Shown here: piece after piece, positions 51,488 through 63,676 of the stretch
Numbering within the stretch: position 1 is the first letter of the stretch
How the letters are laid out: each line of letters begins with the position of its first letter
Assembly: GCF_001194135.2 (NCBI RefSeq)
Contig: NC_068983.1
Coordinates: 134,563,383 to 134,627,382 of the forward strand
DNA length: 64,000 nucleotides
Reading direction: 5' to 3'
Origin: Octopus bimaculoides
Taxonomy: Eukaryota
Program-made: the position numbers and the translations under genes
The notes under the pieces: model-generated
What the model was told of the DNA's origin: nothing
Seen by the model: the letters and a program-made list of their open reading frames with translations, nothing else
Databases searched by the model: none

Positions 51488-51535
51488 TATAGGAAAGTGG
51501 TTATACACCATTAGGTGTACACCCACTTTCCTATA
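51488..51535. repeat. 22-bp-arm hairpin with 4-nt loop
   Basis: tataggaaagtggttatacacc-atta-ggtgtacacccactttcctata. Confidence 0.85.
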
Positions 51536-51543
51536 TTAAATTC

Positions 51544-52000
51544 TAAATAACAACGAAACGCTGACTCTGAACTATCAACACAACAATATTTATTTATGGT
51601 GGAAATAGGCATGGTTGCTGAGACGCCGGAATGTTGTTGTGAGCTGTCCCCAGAGTTGGAATGTTGGAGAGACAGTTTGACCTGACCACGCTCATGTGAG
51701 AGAGCTCTGTTGGACCTGTGTTACCTCTTCGCCGGCCGGCGAGAAGAGAGTGAAAAAAGCGGGAACGTTTAGATGTTGAATTCCACGCATGTGCATGGGA
51801 CTCTTCCTGTGTTCCTTCCGGAACTATTCCCTGCGGATGCATAGATGAAAACGCAGTAATGGCGACTGTATTTTGGCGCCAAATGACGTCACTACAAATT
51901 CAAGTAATGGCAATTTTTCAGTTTATCATTACATTAGAATGTAGAAATAGGCCATGTATCTGATAGACAAACTTGCTTTCACCAACACACTCCTATTGGT
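51544..52000 (-). promoter_or_regulatory. CpG-rich intronic island with clustered promoter-type motifs (CRE, E2F, YY1-like, ETS, CCAAT); identity unresolved
   Basis: 18 CpG in 51554-51889; TGACGTCA 51884-51891 abuts TTTGGCGCCAAA 51872-51883; AATGGCG 51858-51864; TTCCGGAA 51816-51823; CCAAT on minus 51995-51999. Confidence 0.5.
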
Positions 52001-52744
52001 GGGATATTTCTAAGCTGTGTCTTCCCTATTACAATAGCTTTTTCTTATTGATGATTTCAAATCATCTAAACTAACATTCTACTGTCTCACAATTATACAA
52101 ATATGTACACATATTTATGAAAGCTGTCTTCAGCTATATTTGGTGTGTTTTAACATTTGCATATTTTAGATGATGCTTGCTGCAGATTAAATTATGACTG
52201 GTAAAACTGTTATATAATACCAAATTACTGGCCTTCATAATTGAGAAATAAACCCAACTTTGAGCAATATTTAACTGAGTGCATGCCTCACAAAAATACT
52301 TCCCTTATAATGTGGGGTAACCATGTACCTCCTGTATAGCAAGACACCTGTCCTTGTCTCTCTATCATATTTTAGCCTATCAGCACCTGGTATAAAGGTA
52401 CCTCTCCCACCTCCTAATACAACCCCACCATTTAGTCATGGAGGATTCCACTTTCCTGTTCTTTTCTTGTCTTACAACTTACTTGGCAACCAGTGGAACC
52501 AAAAAGAAAGAGAAAAGCACCCAGTATACACTGGAGCTTGGTGCAGCCCTGTGGCATGCTGGGTCTTGTTAAACCATGCAACCTATATCAGCATGGAAAA
52601 CAGACATTAAAGTGACCATCTAGCTTGAGGGTTGTGCAGTAATTAAAATGACAATGGAAAGATGTTTAAAGCATTTGTCACAAAACTGTCAATAGATGTA
52701 GACTTTCAGTATATATATATATATATATAATCAGGTAAACTTAC

Positions 52745-52804
52745 CTGGATGGTGTAAACTGTAGAACTGCTCGGCGTATTTTTCCAGTGGTGGAATGGAT
52801 ATCT
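52745..52804 (-). CDS. PTDSS1: PTDSS1 exon (DIHSTTGKIRRAVLQFTPSS)
   Basis: Acceptor ttcacag, donor gtaagt; 60 nt, phase 2 to 2. Confidence 0.94.
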
Positions 52805-53234
52805 CTGTGAAACAAACAATCAGGATATAAATGTGCATGTCTGTAAAATAATCTTTGTGAATGTACATGCAACCTCTACATTACTTTAGCACTGTAATAA
52901 TTATAGTAATCATTGTTTTGGTATCCATTTTTATATGTTGATACAGGTTAGTTAATTTTACACAACAATACTTTATTGATCATATCAATTGCCTATCATC
53001 TTGATTGAGAGGTTTTACTTTTAGACCAACTGTTCACACAGCCAAGTAACTGAGTCAAACAGTTAGTCTTACAAATCATTGTACTTCTTTTAACATTAAT
53101 TTAAATAATTTTAAAAATGAAACAAAGGACAAAAATAAGGTATCAGTTAAATTCTAAGTAAATTTACATTTCTATATCACATCCTAAATGTGAATGAAAT
53201 TATAAATAGAATGGGTTGCAATGAAGTTACTTAC

Positions 53235-53386
53235 TTGATACTCTCCCAGTAATATGTTCTCATCTCCAGTTTTTGACAAACCAGCATACCAAGGTAAATA
53301 CCAAATCCGTTACAAACTAACACATCCAAAACCAGAGCATCCCACCAACATTCAGCGAAATTGGGGAGAAGATGTACAAATGCTGC
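53235..53386 (-). CDS. PTDSS1: PTDSS1 exon ([21 protein letters not shown]...[11 protein letters not shown]), catalytic-region residues
   Basis: Acceptor ctactag, donor gtaagt; 152 nt. Confidence 0.95.
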
Positions 53387-54000
53387 CTAGTAGGAGAAAT
53401 GGAAACGTTTCTTTGAAGAATGACAAAATGGTTGACAATTTATTTCATACATACAATGCCATTTTCTGATAAAAGTATTTTACCATTACAACTGTTATAA
53501 TAACACTTATTTGGTTTTGTCAATAGCTACAGTAATTTACACACCATTATCAATTCCATATAATATTTTCAACTTGTATCATTATCTGATATTCAACAGT
53601 TTCAAATCTGACTTTTAACAATGTCCTATAAGGTTTTCCTTCATGGTAGATACTTTCCACCACCATTTCTGGTGTATCATCATCCAGTAAATATCCATTT
53701 ATACCAGTACAGTCACTTTCAAACGCCCTGCTGCTTTAGTACAGTTAACAGAACATCAATCAACATGATTCATGACTGCTCCTTCAACAACAGCACAAAC
53801 AGATATTCTATTTAATCAATTGTGTGAGAGGAAGAAGAGGAGAGAGAGAGAGAGATGTAAGCAGACAAAGAAGCAGAAGCAAAAAAGATCTTGCTTAGAT
53901 AATGTAGAAGTGTCATGACCAGAGAGGTTTACAATGGAAAACAAACAACCAGAAAAAAAAAAAAAAAAAAGAAGCATTTTGTAGTAAATAATCAACTTAC

Positions 54001-54159
54001 CTCAGTAACTTCCCACAAGATGCTGATTGTCCAAAGAATTCCATAATGCCGGATGAGAAGTGCTTTCAGAGCCCAACCAAAAAAATGGGAAAAGGCGAAA
54101 AAGTCCACATGCTCATACAGCCGAGACCAACTGATATCCGAACAGTTAACAGCATATTC
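54001..54159 (-). CDS. PTDSS1: PTDSS1 exon ([11 protein letters not shown]...[10 protein letters not shown])
   Basis: Acceptor aaaccag, donor gtaagt; 159 nt; [23 protein letters not shown] motifs. Confidence 0.95.
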
Positions 54160-54307
54160 CTGGTTTTAAAAGAAATAATCTTTGTCAGTATCTACCTTAA
54201 GTAATTTCTTTTTAAATATATTTTTATCAAGGTATTTCCCTCCAACTCATATGAGCATGGAAATGTGACAGTACTATACAGGATGACAGCACTATATATA
54301 TTCATGG

Positions 54308-54432
54308 ATGTTAGGAAGGGCATCCAGCTATAAAAAACCCTGCCAAAACAGAAACAGAAGTCTGGTGCAGGCTCCTGCTAAACCATCCAATCCATGCTAG
54401 CATGGAAGGTGGATGTTAAACGATGATGATGT
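54308..54432 (+). mobile_element. Short RTE 3'-tail copy
   Basis: gttaggaagggcatccagcta...gcatggaaggtggatgttaaacgatgatgatg. Confidence 0.8.
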
Positions 54433-54691
54433 TGAATACATCAGGTATAAGTTACATCCAGCCCTGCAGCCAAAAGGAATTGATCTACATATTGACTGTT
54501 GACTTAATAAATGAAACTATACTTTTGCAAGTTCACAAACATATAACACTAAATGTGCACACACACACACACACACTTTGTTTATGATAGATCTTCACAG
54601 GACAGCAGGCCTGCAAGGCTAATAAAGACATTTGAATACTAATTATAATTTATTCAGCAATATTATTTTTATATCTGCTTTTCTATGCTAG

Positions 54692-55022
54692 TATGAACTA
54701 GTTTTTCTTGTTTTGTTGGAGTGAGAGAGGCAAGAGAGTTTATAAATGATAAGAAAGCTTGGAGTGTTTGTGGACGGATGAGCGAATTTGATGTTGTTCA
54801 AAGGGGTACAGAACCAGCATATGCTATCAGGCCCCACTGCTGATATTGGGGGTTGCATTCTACGCCTTGACCCAAGCATAGAATGGGGCTTGCTTCTTTG
54901 AGCTGGGAAATGAATGGAATGCCTGGCGTGTGTCTTGTTGTGGCTACCCACTCTTAAAAAAATGGGGAATAGGCCTGGGTGTATGTATGTGTATATATAT
55001 ATATATATATATGAACTAGTTT
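54692..55022 (+). mobile_element. 305-bp retroposon-like insertion with 13-bp target site duplication and (GTAT)/(TA) tail
   Basis: tatgaactagttt at 54692-54704 and 55010-55022 flank a GC-richer segment ending in a simple-repeat tail. Confidence 0.65.
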
Positions 55023-55079
55023 CAATATAGCACCTTGCCAATTGCTGCAGTCCCTCATCATCTTTCAGAAGCCTAATAT

Positions 55080-55760
55080 GTTGAGATCAGACCTCACTAC
55101 TCTTTACATCTTCCTCTTCTGTATGCTCATTTACTTCCATTATTTGATACTTTTTCACACAACTATCATTTTCATATGCATTACATATCTGTAGTAGTCT
55201 TCTGTTTTGTATGCTACAGTTATTTTCAATGCTAAGTTTCTCTCAACACACTCATGCTCCCTAACTCATGCATATTGACATTACACTTGGGTGAGCTTGC
55301 TTGTCTGATTTCTATCTAGCATTTACAAATCCTTGATATTCAGGGCCTATTTCTGATGACCTTGCAATATCATACTTCATACACAAGCATCATATTACAA
55401 TCTGACCTTGGAGAGAGAAGTCTTTTGTTGCCAACAGAAGGAATAGTTCCCTGAGCTTGTCTCAGCTACTTTTACATTGGCTTTCACTTTTGATTAAGTC
55501 AGAAAAGCCATTAGCTACTTCTAGTTGGCCGCCTGAAAAGTTAGAAAGATTTTATTTCTTAGGTGGCTGTTCCTGCTAACTACTTCTATACATCTGATAC
55601 AGAGTATAGAATTCCTGCATGTTCAACATGGTTACTTCGAAGACAGTAGCAATGGTTTCTTTCCTGCCCAAACTTTTGTCTACACTGAAGTGACCTTTCA
55701 AATCTAGATTACCTCCACAATTAAACGCTTTTCACAGACTCAGATATGAAAACTATGTCT
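55080..55760 (-). mobile_element. Decayed RTE LINE fragment
   Basis: Minus translation includes KLRELFPLLATKDFSL, resembling the RTE KFRELLPLLVTKGLSL segment as recalled. Confidence 0.55.
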
Positions 55761-55877
55761 CTGACAGACAATTCCCACAGACAACCAGTGTGTGTGTAAA
55801 GAAACTGAAGAGTTTATGTTCAAAGTTACAATCCACTGACTTAACTTAAAAAAAAGAATTAACCAAATTGAATACAT

Positions 55878-56126
55878 TCAATCCTTTAGTATTAAACCAA
55901 CCATATCGCCCCATCTGACCCAAATATTTCAACCTGTTTCATGATTAAACAGACCAGATCCAGCCTTTCCCACCTATATATACTACAATGACATTCTAAA
56001 AAAAAAAAAATGAAAAAAAACAAACAAACCCCAATCTCATCATTAATACCTTGAATGATTAATTCAAAACAATGTGAATAAATAAGCATTACATTTGACA
56101 GAGTAATCTCAATGCTAAAGGGTTAA
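55878..56126. mobile_element. piggyBac-type MITE, same family as 8678-8905
   Basis: Ends atcctttagtatt / aatgctaaagggttaa; shared aataaataagcattac..ttgacag. Confidence 0.65.
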
Positions 56127-56186
56127 GGATCATCTAAGGCTGTACAGTTCCACAAAGCTGAAGAAACCTGCTACTTCTATCCTTAC

Positions 56187-56305
56187 CTTTTCATCAGGTG
56201 TACCGTTTTTCAAGTCATGGTAAAGCCAACCTAAAATTACACGTGCATCATGTGGGTTCTGGAACAAGAGGAACACCAACAACATGAAGTAGAGGACACT
56301 GAGTC
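56187..56305 (-). CDS. PTDSS1: PTDSS1 exon (GLSVLYFMLLVFLLFQNPHDARVILGWLYHDLKNGTPDEK)
   Basis: Acceptor atttctag, donor gtaagg; 119 nt, phase 1 to 0. Confidence 0.93.
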
Positions 56306-56737
56306 CTAGAAATAGAAATATAATATTTAATCAGTGAAGAATTTGAAGAGGAGAATGAGACAAAGAAAGTAACACAATTCATTGAGTGGAAAGAAGTTGA
56401 GTATGTGATATTATGAAACACACCTAGTATATATATAAATATATATTATGATACTGTTGTCAATAGAGTAATAAATTATGGCAGATTGAGGAAACATTAC
56501 AGCTGACACATAATGGGAAATAGCCAAAACTACAGTCATAATAGTCTTAGCAAACCAAAGTATATGATTTTTTTTTTATTAGTTGATTTTTAGTTACTAG
56601 AAGGTAATACTCACTGGCTATATTACTAATATATTATTGTTCAACAATTAGTTTCACATATCAAAAGATTGTTTGTTGAAAGAAAGAGAGAATATATATG
56701 AGGAGAGAGGAATAAGTGGAGAAGCAGGAGGAGAAGG

Positions 56738-56739
<2 letters not shown>

Positions 56740-56773
<34 letters not shown>

Positions 56774-56801
56774 AAGAGAGAGAAAGAGAGANNNNNNNNN
56801 N

Positions 56802-56852
<51 letters not shown>
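56740..56852. repeat. (AG)n microsatellite with a 10-N gap at 56792-56801
   Basis: Direct reading. Confidence 0.92.
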
Positions 56853-56857
<5 letters not shown>

Positions 56858-57529
56858 CTTCTTCTCCCACCCATTATTCAACTTTAGTAGGTTAGGTCCT
56901 ATTAAGTAAATAGTTCAATAGTGATTGTATTGTACATCAATAACTATTGATTTAGGCCTTATTTTGGAGCAGTAGTTGGACTGAAGACAGTCAAATTAAT
57001 GGCAGTATGGGAGCAAAACCTTGTTTTGTTTCACCTCAAATGATATATGCAGAATAAGCACACCTTGCATATAAATATTATACAAATAGGCAGAGTATCA
57101 TTTGAACTCATGACATAGTAGTTATTCAATATCTTAAGGAGTAGGAGAAGTAATTTTTTAAAAATGAATACAGACAGTATGGTTGCAACAGTAAAGTACT
57201 GGACTGCAGAGTACATAGTCACTAGCATTTACAATATGCTTCTAGGTCAGATCTATAATTTAGCTGGGCTCATATTGTCTGACTAACAGGCACCACTCCA
57301 ACTTGATTAAAAGCTGGAAAATAAATGACAGTTGTTACACAACTTATTATATAAGATTTACACACGAGAAAAATTTCTAAATTCACAAAATCCATCCCAC
57401 TCATGCCAGTACAGAATGAATAATAAAATGGTTTCAAATTTAGATACATGAAGATAATGATGATGATGACGATAACAAATTTCAGGAGAGATACAACAAA
57501 TTCAATCAAACCCTACCATCTTACTCATG

Positions 57530-58060
57530 CTTGTTAGTTGCTTGACTTTAACCAGTTGAGCATGTCCCTCAATAACTGATGATATGTGCATCTCTAATCA
57601 CAAGCAGGAGTAGTGGGAAAGCATCACAGCCATGTGATGAATGGAATTCTTTAGAGTTTGAATAATTCACTTCTGGAAATATTCATCATCCTTAAACAAC
57701 CCTTATTCAGGGATCTTTTGAGCGAGATGGGCCACCCGACCTGAAGAAAATTCTAACTGGGCTCTATCTGCAAGGTCACACGCTGTTTATCTTGAAAATG
57801 AGATCACCATGTCATGCACATATGGTTGTGATGCATGTGCCTAATGTACTCTTATCAGAGGGGTAGTCATGAGGAGTATATTGGGTTTAGTATATTTGTA
57901 TCCCATGTCACTTTGATGGCATGCACTGCTCTGTCACTCAATAATAATAATAATAATAATAAGCCTTTCTACTATAGGCACAAGGCCTGAAATTTTGGGG
58001 AGGGTGATAGTCGATTACATTGACCCCAGCACTCAACTGGAAAAAACAGCAAGGTAAACT
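57530..58060. mobile_element. Interspersed repeat with (AAT)n followed by a partial Nin/Deu-like SINE
   Basis: Homology to 28880-29160, then ctttctactataggcacaaggcctgaaattttgggg as at 26178. Confidence 0.6.
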
Positions 58061-59777
58061 GATCAAAGAGTAGATGACTTGGAATTCCAAGGAGGGAAAA
58101 ATAATGAAGGAGCTGAACAAAAATGTACATTCTACAAATATCCGAACACAAATGACAAACTATTTGTGTAAAACGTGTCCAAATGAGAATGAAAAATAAA
58201 TGCATGGCCAATTGAAAGATACTAAAAACTCAACGGCAAGAACATGTTGATGTTGTGTACCATTATCATCAATGTCAGTTACAGTATATAGGTCTGCGGT
58301 ATTGTACTGAATTACAATAAAACTAATATTCATAAACAGTCATGTGATAAATATATTAAAAAGAAAAAATAATCCCATACTGCACAATAAGTCAGACACC
58401 CAGCAACAACACATCACAGGAGATTACTGAGTGTCAAAGAGCAGTCATTTATGTTGTCACTACTTTTCTAACTCACGAGATCTGTTACATGCCCTTGTTG
58501 ACTATAATGGGAAAGTAGCAAATTGATTCTATTTGTAACAACAAAATCCATGCAAAAAATTGGTTGAAACTTCAAACAACTGAAGCCTGGATCTAACACA
58601 GCAGCCAAAACAGTCAAACTAATGGCATCAACCAGGATAAGCCATTTACAGGATACATCATATATAAATAAAAGATTATCTTTGGATGCACTATTACAGC
58701 TTGTATGGAACAGCAGAAGTAATAACATTTATAACAGAGGTATAACAATCCCTATTAGATATAGTGAAAGGAAAATATTTTAGTGGTGATGTCATACATA
58801 TAATGATGATGACAAATGTTACATCCTGGAGTATTTCCTGAAACAATTCATCACATTGCATCAGGATGTTCACAACAGCTTTGACAAAATATAGTTGAAG
58901 ATACAACATTACAAAACTGCACTATTTGTGCCAAGTTACTAACTGTTGACTACAGAGAAAAACAAAACGATTCTCTGGTTCTCAAATGAACTTTAACTTG
59001 CTTCAGAAAATGATGATGCAAAAATACTGAAGAGCTTTAGTAAATATACAGGCTGTTAAATTAGCACATAAACCTGACATCATTCTCCTTGACAAAATGA
59101 CAATAACATCTAATTAGCATAACTAAATAACCATAATGTTAAACACAAGCAAGCTACAAAACTAAGTAACTACGTTAAAATGAAAAAAAAAAAAAAGAAA
59201 ATTAAAATAGTTAAGAAATGTGCCTGTCATCTGTTTGGTAAAGGACATGACTAGAGAAATACACACTCATTTCTGTCAGTACATAGACCAATTACCAATA
59301 AAGAGAGACATAAGCATGTTCCAGAAAGAAGTAATACTAGGATATATTAACATTGTTAAGGCAATGTATTTATTCACCTTGAACAACATTGCTATTCCAG
59401 AATATTTTCTATGCTTTCTATTGAATGTTCTTGCTAATCTTCAGCAGGTTCATTAATCACAAATATAATCTTTTACTCTCTAACACTTTTATGCATTTTT
59501 TCTGGAATGTGCCAAATTCTTGTCCCACAAAAGGAAACTCTTGGTGTATCTTTCAAATGAAGAATTAAAAATACAAAATCCACGATTGGTTTCTGATTTA
59601 GACACAAAGCCAATAATTTCTAGGGGAAATGATTAGTTGATACCACTGACTTTGAAACTATTTTATTGGCCCTGAAGTAAAGCTGACTTCAGTGGGATTT
59701 GAACTCAAAATGCAAACATTTGGAACAAATACTGTAAGGCATTTTATTTAATGTAAAGATTCTATCAATCCACTCTG

Positions 59778-59778
59778 C

Positions 59779-59832
<54 letters not shown>

Positions 59833-60025
59833 CTTTTCTACTAGAAGCACAAGGCCTCAAATTTGGGGGAAGGGATTAACTCGATCACATCAACACCAGT
59901 GCATAACTGGTACTTATTTAATCAACCCTGAAAAGATGAAAAGCAAAGTCGACCTCGGTGGAATTTGAACTCAGAACATGAAGACAGACAAAATGCTGCT
60001 AAGCATTTTGCCTGGCATGCTAATG
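59778..60025 (-). mobile_element. Nin/Deu-like SINE with (AAT)n tail
   Basis: Homolog of 26178-26390; tail 59778-59831. Confidence 0.72.
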
Positions 60026-60074
60026 ATACATTAACAATAACAACAATAATAAAAACAAACATAACATGACTTAC

Positions 60075-60119
60075 CAAAAACAATCCTCCATATTGCAGGG
60101 TGAGGTCTTGTAAATGGAC
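60075..60119 (-). CDS. PTDSS1: PTDSS1 exon (GPFTRPHPAIWRIVFG)
   Basis: Acceptor tgtccag, donor gtaagt; 45 nt; near-identical to GPFTRPHPALWRMVFG. Confidence 0.95.
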
Positions 60120-60179
60120 CTGGACAAAGAAAGAAAAAGATTATTATGCTTATATATATATAATAAGATTTTATTTTTC

Positions 60180-60527
60180 TGGCTGATGTTGGTGTCATGT
60201 AACTGGCACCTGTGTCAGTGGCATGTAAAAAGCACCCTTTCAATGTTGGGCCTCATTGAGGCAATGACAAGTGACTGCTACCTTTGGCAATATACTGTGT
60301 TTGGGAAGACCCATCAAACCAAGTGAAATTGTAGTCTTGGCCAATGCTGGTGTCACATAAAAGCATCCACTATACTCTTGGACTGGTTGGTATTAGGAAG
60401 GGCATCCAGCCATAGAAACCATGCCAAATCAGACTGGAACCTGGTGCAGCCCTCCAGCTTGCCAGTTTCAGTCAAACTGTCTAAGCCATGCCAGCATAGA
60501 AAGCAGATGCCAAATGATGATGATGTT
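60180..60527 (+). mobile_element. RTE 3' fragment, starting about 60 bp from a PTDSS1 acceptor
   Basis: gggcctcattgaggcaatgacaagtgac...aggaagggcatccagccatagaaacc...aaatgatgatgatg. Confidence 0.78.
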
Positions 60528-61290
60528 GATTTTTAGTGATAATATCTAATGTAATCTATCATCCACACATGTCTGACAGACAGGGCTATGATTAAAATTT
60601 TTTTGTAGCAGTTATATCATGTCTGTAAGTAACTGACGCACATTATCAGGCAGACCAATCACTTTTCTCACTATAGTTTGATGTTCTAAAAAGAACAGTT
60701 AAATTTTCCCAGTGCTTGACTGGTATTTTATTTTATTGACTTTGGCAGCATTTTGAAGGTAAAGACCCAGAAGAAGTGTCTCCAAGCATTTTGTCTGCCA
60801 GCTCACTGCCCTGAAAAATAATATGACTTAAAAACATTACAAAAATTTAAGAAAATGTTAAAAAAAAAAGATAAGTCTATGTTATTCTTCACATACTACA
60901 AATTATTACCCTAAATGAAATATATACACAACCATGTTTCTTAGTGTGGTAATCATTTTCATGCAACCCAAAATGGGCCAGACAAAGACAGCAAGAACAT
61001 GAAATTAATTTATATTTTTTTTTTAATTAATTTTCTTTAGCTTAAACCTATTCAATTTTAAATTCTTCTATTTAGTTGTTGCTGACATGGGGTAAAAACA
61101 TGACAGGAGATCGTGCCCAGAACAATCTTCTCTCCTGCATTACCCAATACTTTTTGATAGAGAGAAAATGAAACTTCAGCTCAGAAACATTTGAATTTTA
61201 GCAAATAAATCTTTTTAAAGTATTGTTTATGCATTGATCTAAACTCATTTTCATATATACATTAGGTATTTATGCATAAAATTCTCTGTC

Positions 61291-61345
61291 TCTCTCTCAC
61301 ACACAGTTATATGTGCACTGCACATATAACTGTGTGTGAGAGAGA
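61291..61345. repeat. Perfect palindrome: 27-bp arms, 1-nt spacer
   Basis: tctctctcacacacagttatatgtgca-c-tgcacatataactgtgtgtgagagaga. Confidence 0.92.
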
Positions 61346-63178
61346 CAGAATTGTCTGTATGAAGGTAATTTGGATGTACTTGGAAGTGAAAAAAGGTGTC
61401 ACCAAAATTAAACTCCAAGAGTTTCAAGCTTTTCAAGATTCAAGTAGATTTGTATCAGCATTTTCTCTTGTTGTCTGAGCCGGTCTCAGGGTACTAACTA
61501 CTACTTTTTCACATATAAACACATACAACAAAGTCCCCCAACATTTCATTTTTATAATTTTAAGTATATTTGTTATTTTTGTTGTTTATGAAAAATTGGT
61601 ACTTGAATAGTTTTTTCTCTCCCTCACTTCCTTTGGCTAATTGTCTTTATTTACCTCAATAACTATCTTCTTTTCCATATTAGTTTTTTTTTTTTTTTCC
61701 TGTTTGTACTACACTGTTGAGTCTTATCTGTAGCAAACATCTTTTCACCATTTTGATACCAGCCTACCTGAGACTATCATACAAAGTTCTTGTTTTAAAG
61801 TGATCTATTCAAAACCTCTCATCAAAATTTCATGTTAATTCACGTTCCAACCATCAGATAAATAATAACAAATGTATTTTACTAAATTTTTCATTATTTT
61901 CATATTTAATTGAAACAAAGAGAGTATGTTTCAAAAGAAATATGATAATGAAAGGGTTATATGCAGCAATGGCTCCAGCAAAACTGAAAAGGCACTTCAT
62001 AACAAATTAGTCATACGAAAAATAAAAGAGATAATTATTTTAAAAGGCTATTGAATTTTAAAAAGAGAATACAAATGGAGCAAGTTATTTGGTTACAGAA
62101 ATTATTGCACAGTAAAAGAAAAAAAATCACTGTGTTGGTGAGAGTTTAATAATACTAGTGTGTAAAATTATAGTGGGTTAAAAATACAATAAGTTGATGT
62201 ACTGATGATATATGTCACATGATATGAAAGATGATTTGCATAATAAACAGAAAAATAGGAAAATCTTATACACAGGTTGATGAGTAGATCACATGAATAA
62301 ATCTCATATCTTGCTGTTGCAAGATTTGTCAATGAAAATGGAATCCAAGAAAACTCTTTTCTGAGATAAGTAAAAGTATTTGATAAATTTTATATTTTGA
62401 CCCCATGTCTAGAAACAAGAGATCTCTCCTGAAAAACTGAGTTGGCATCTCCTCTGATGGTGTCCCATCAATGTTAGCTCTTTAAGTAGCTTTATTTCTC
62501 TTGTAAAATGAGAAAATCTTGATATTGTTTCAGTTAAAAGCAAACAAGGATATCAGCAAATTTCAGGCCTTATTGAAACCTATCCGGAAGGACAATTGAT
62601 CAAAATTGAACAATACTTTTTCTCACTTTCAACAGAAGGATCTATATTCTGAATCCCTAAGACAAGAGGAAGAATTTAGTGAGCTACAGTCTAACCATGT
62701 ACTAGAGATGAGATTTACTGATCTACTCCTGAATAAGCTCTAAGGTTCTGTAAAAGACAATGATCCTACCATTCATAAGATAGCAATAAGTATTGCTCTA
62801 ATTTTCCACTTACAAGTGTAAGCAAGTTTTTACTTATTTAACAAGTTGCAAGAACAAAGACAGGAAACCCCTTTCAGTTGAATATGAAGTATCTGGGTAT
62901 CAAGACAAGCACAAGGGTCTCATTAGAGAATCAAATTTCATTATATAAATACTAACAGTACCTTGACCCAAATGACATATTGCTTTGATTTACTTATGCC
63001 TTTTCAACATTATCAATAAAAGATTAAGCTATTGTAGTAGTTATCTATGGCAACATGAAAAGTTATGACAATGACATTCACTTTATAAGTGTTATTTAGG
63101 ATATTGGTTATTCATGTTTTGAAAAAAAGCTGAAGAACAACAATAAAAGAAATTTTTAAAAAATAATAATAAACTTAC

Positions 63179-63270
63179 CATTAGGGAATGCCAAAACACT
63201 GATGATGATAAAAATGAAGACCATGCAACATAGACCGGTCCAAATATTGTCATCTGAACTGACATCATTT
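63179..63270 (-). CDS. PTDSS1: PTDSS1 exon ([32 protein letters not shown])
   Basis: Minus strand: acceptor gttacag, donor gtaagt; 92 nt; corresponds to [32 protein letters not shown]. Confidence 0.93.
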
Positions 63271-63316
63271 CTGTAACAAAAAGACAAACAAACATGTATA
63301 TATATATATATATTTT

Positions 63317-63643
63317 TTTCTTTCACTTGTCCCAGTCATTGGATTGTGGCCATGCTGGGGTAACTGCCTTGAAAGGCTTAGTCAAACAAATCAACTTCAG
63401 TACTTAGTTTTTAAGTCTGGTACACAAAACAACACTGACTGCTACAATGGTGGGGTGATAAGGACAAGCACAAAAACACATACAAACATGTGAGTATCTA
63501 TGTACACACACACACACAATGAGCTCTAACATAATTAGGCATTAATCAATCCAGGGCTATAGTAGAAAATACTTGCCCTGGTGCCACACAGTAAGACTGA
63601 ACTTGAAATCATGGTGGTGAAGTGGACTTTTTAATCACACAGC

Positions 63644-63645
<2 letters not shown>
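63317..63645 (-). mobile_element. tRNA-derived SINE, degenerate
   Basis: Reverse-complement homolog of 29735-30096. Confidence 0.7.

Positions 63646-63676
<31 letters not shown>

Noticed and set aside
51544-51895. Island as telomerase RNA, RNase P, RNase MRP, 7SK or U3
   Set aside because: No CUAACCCU template; no metazoan GGAAGGUCUGAG/UCAGAC or GAAAGUCCCC/GGGGCU P4 pair; no GAUC repeats; no C/D boxes. Only partial chance resemblances were seen. An Rfam scan would be decisive.
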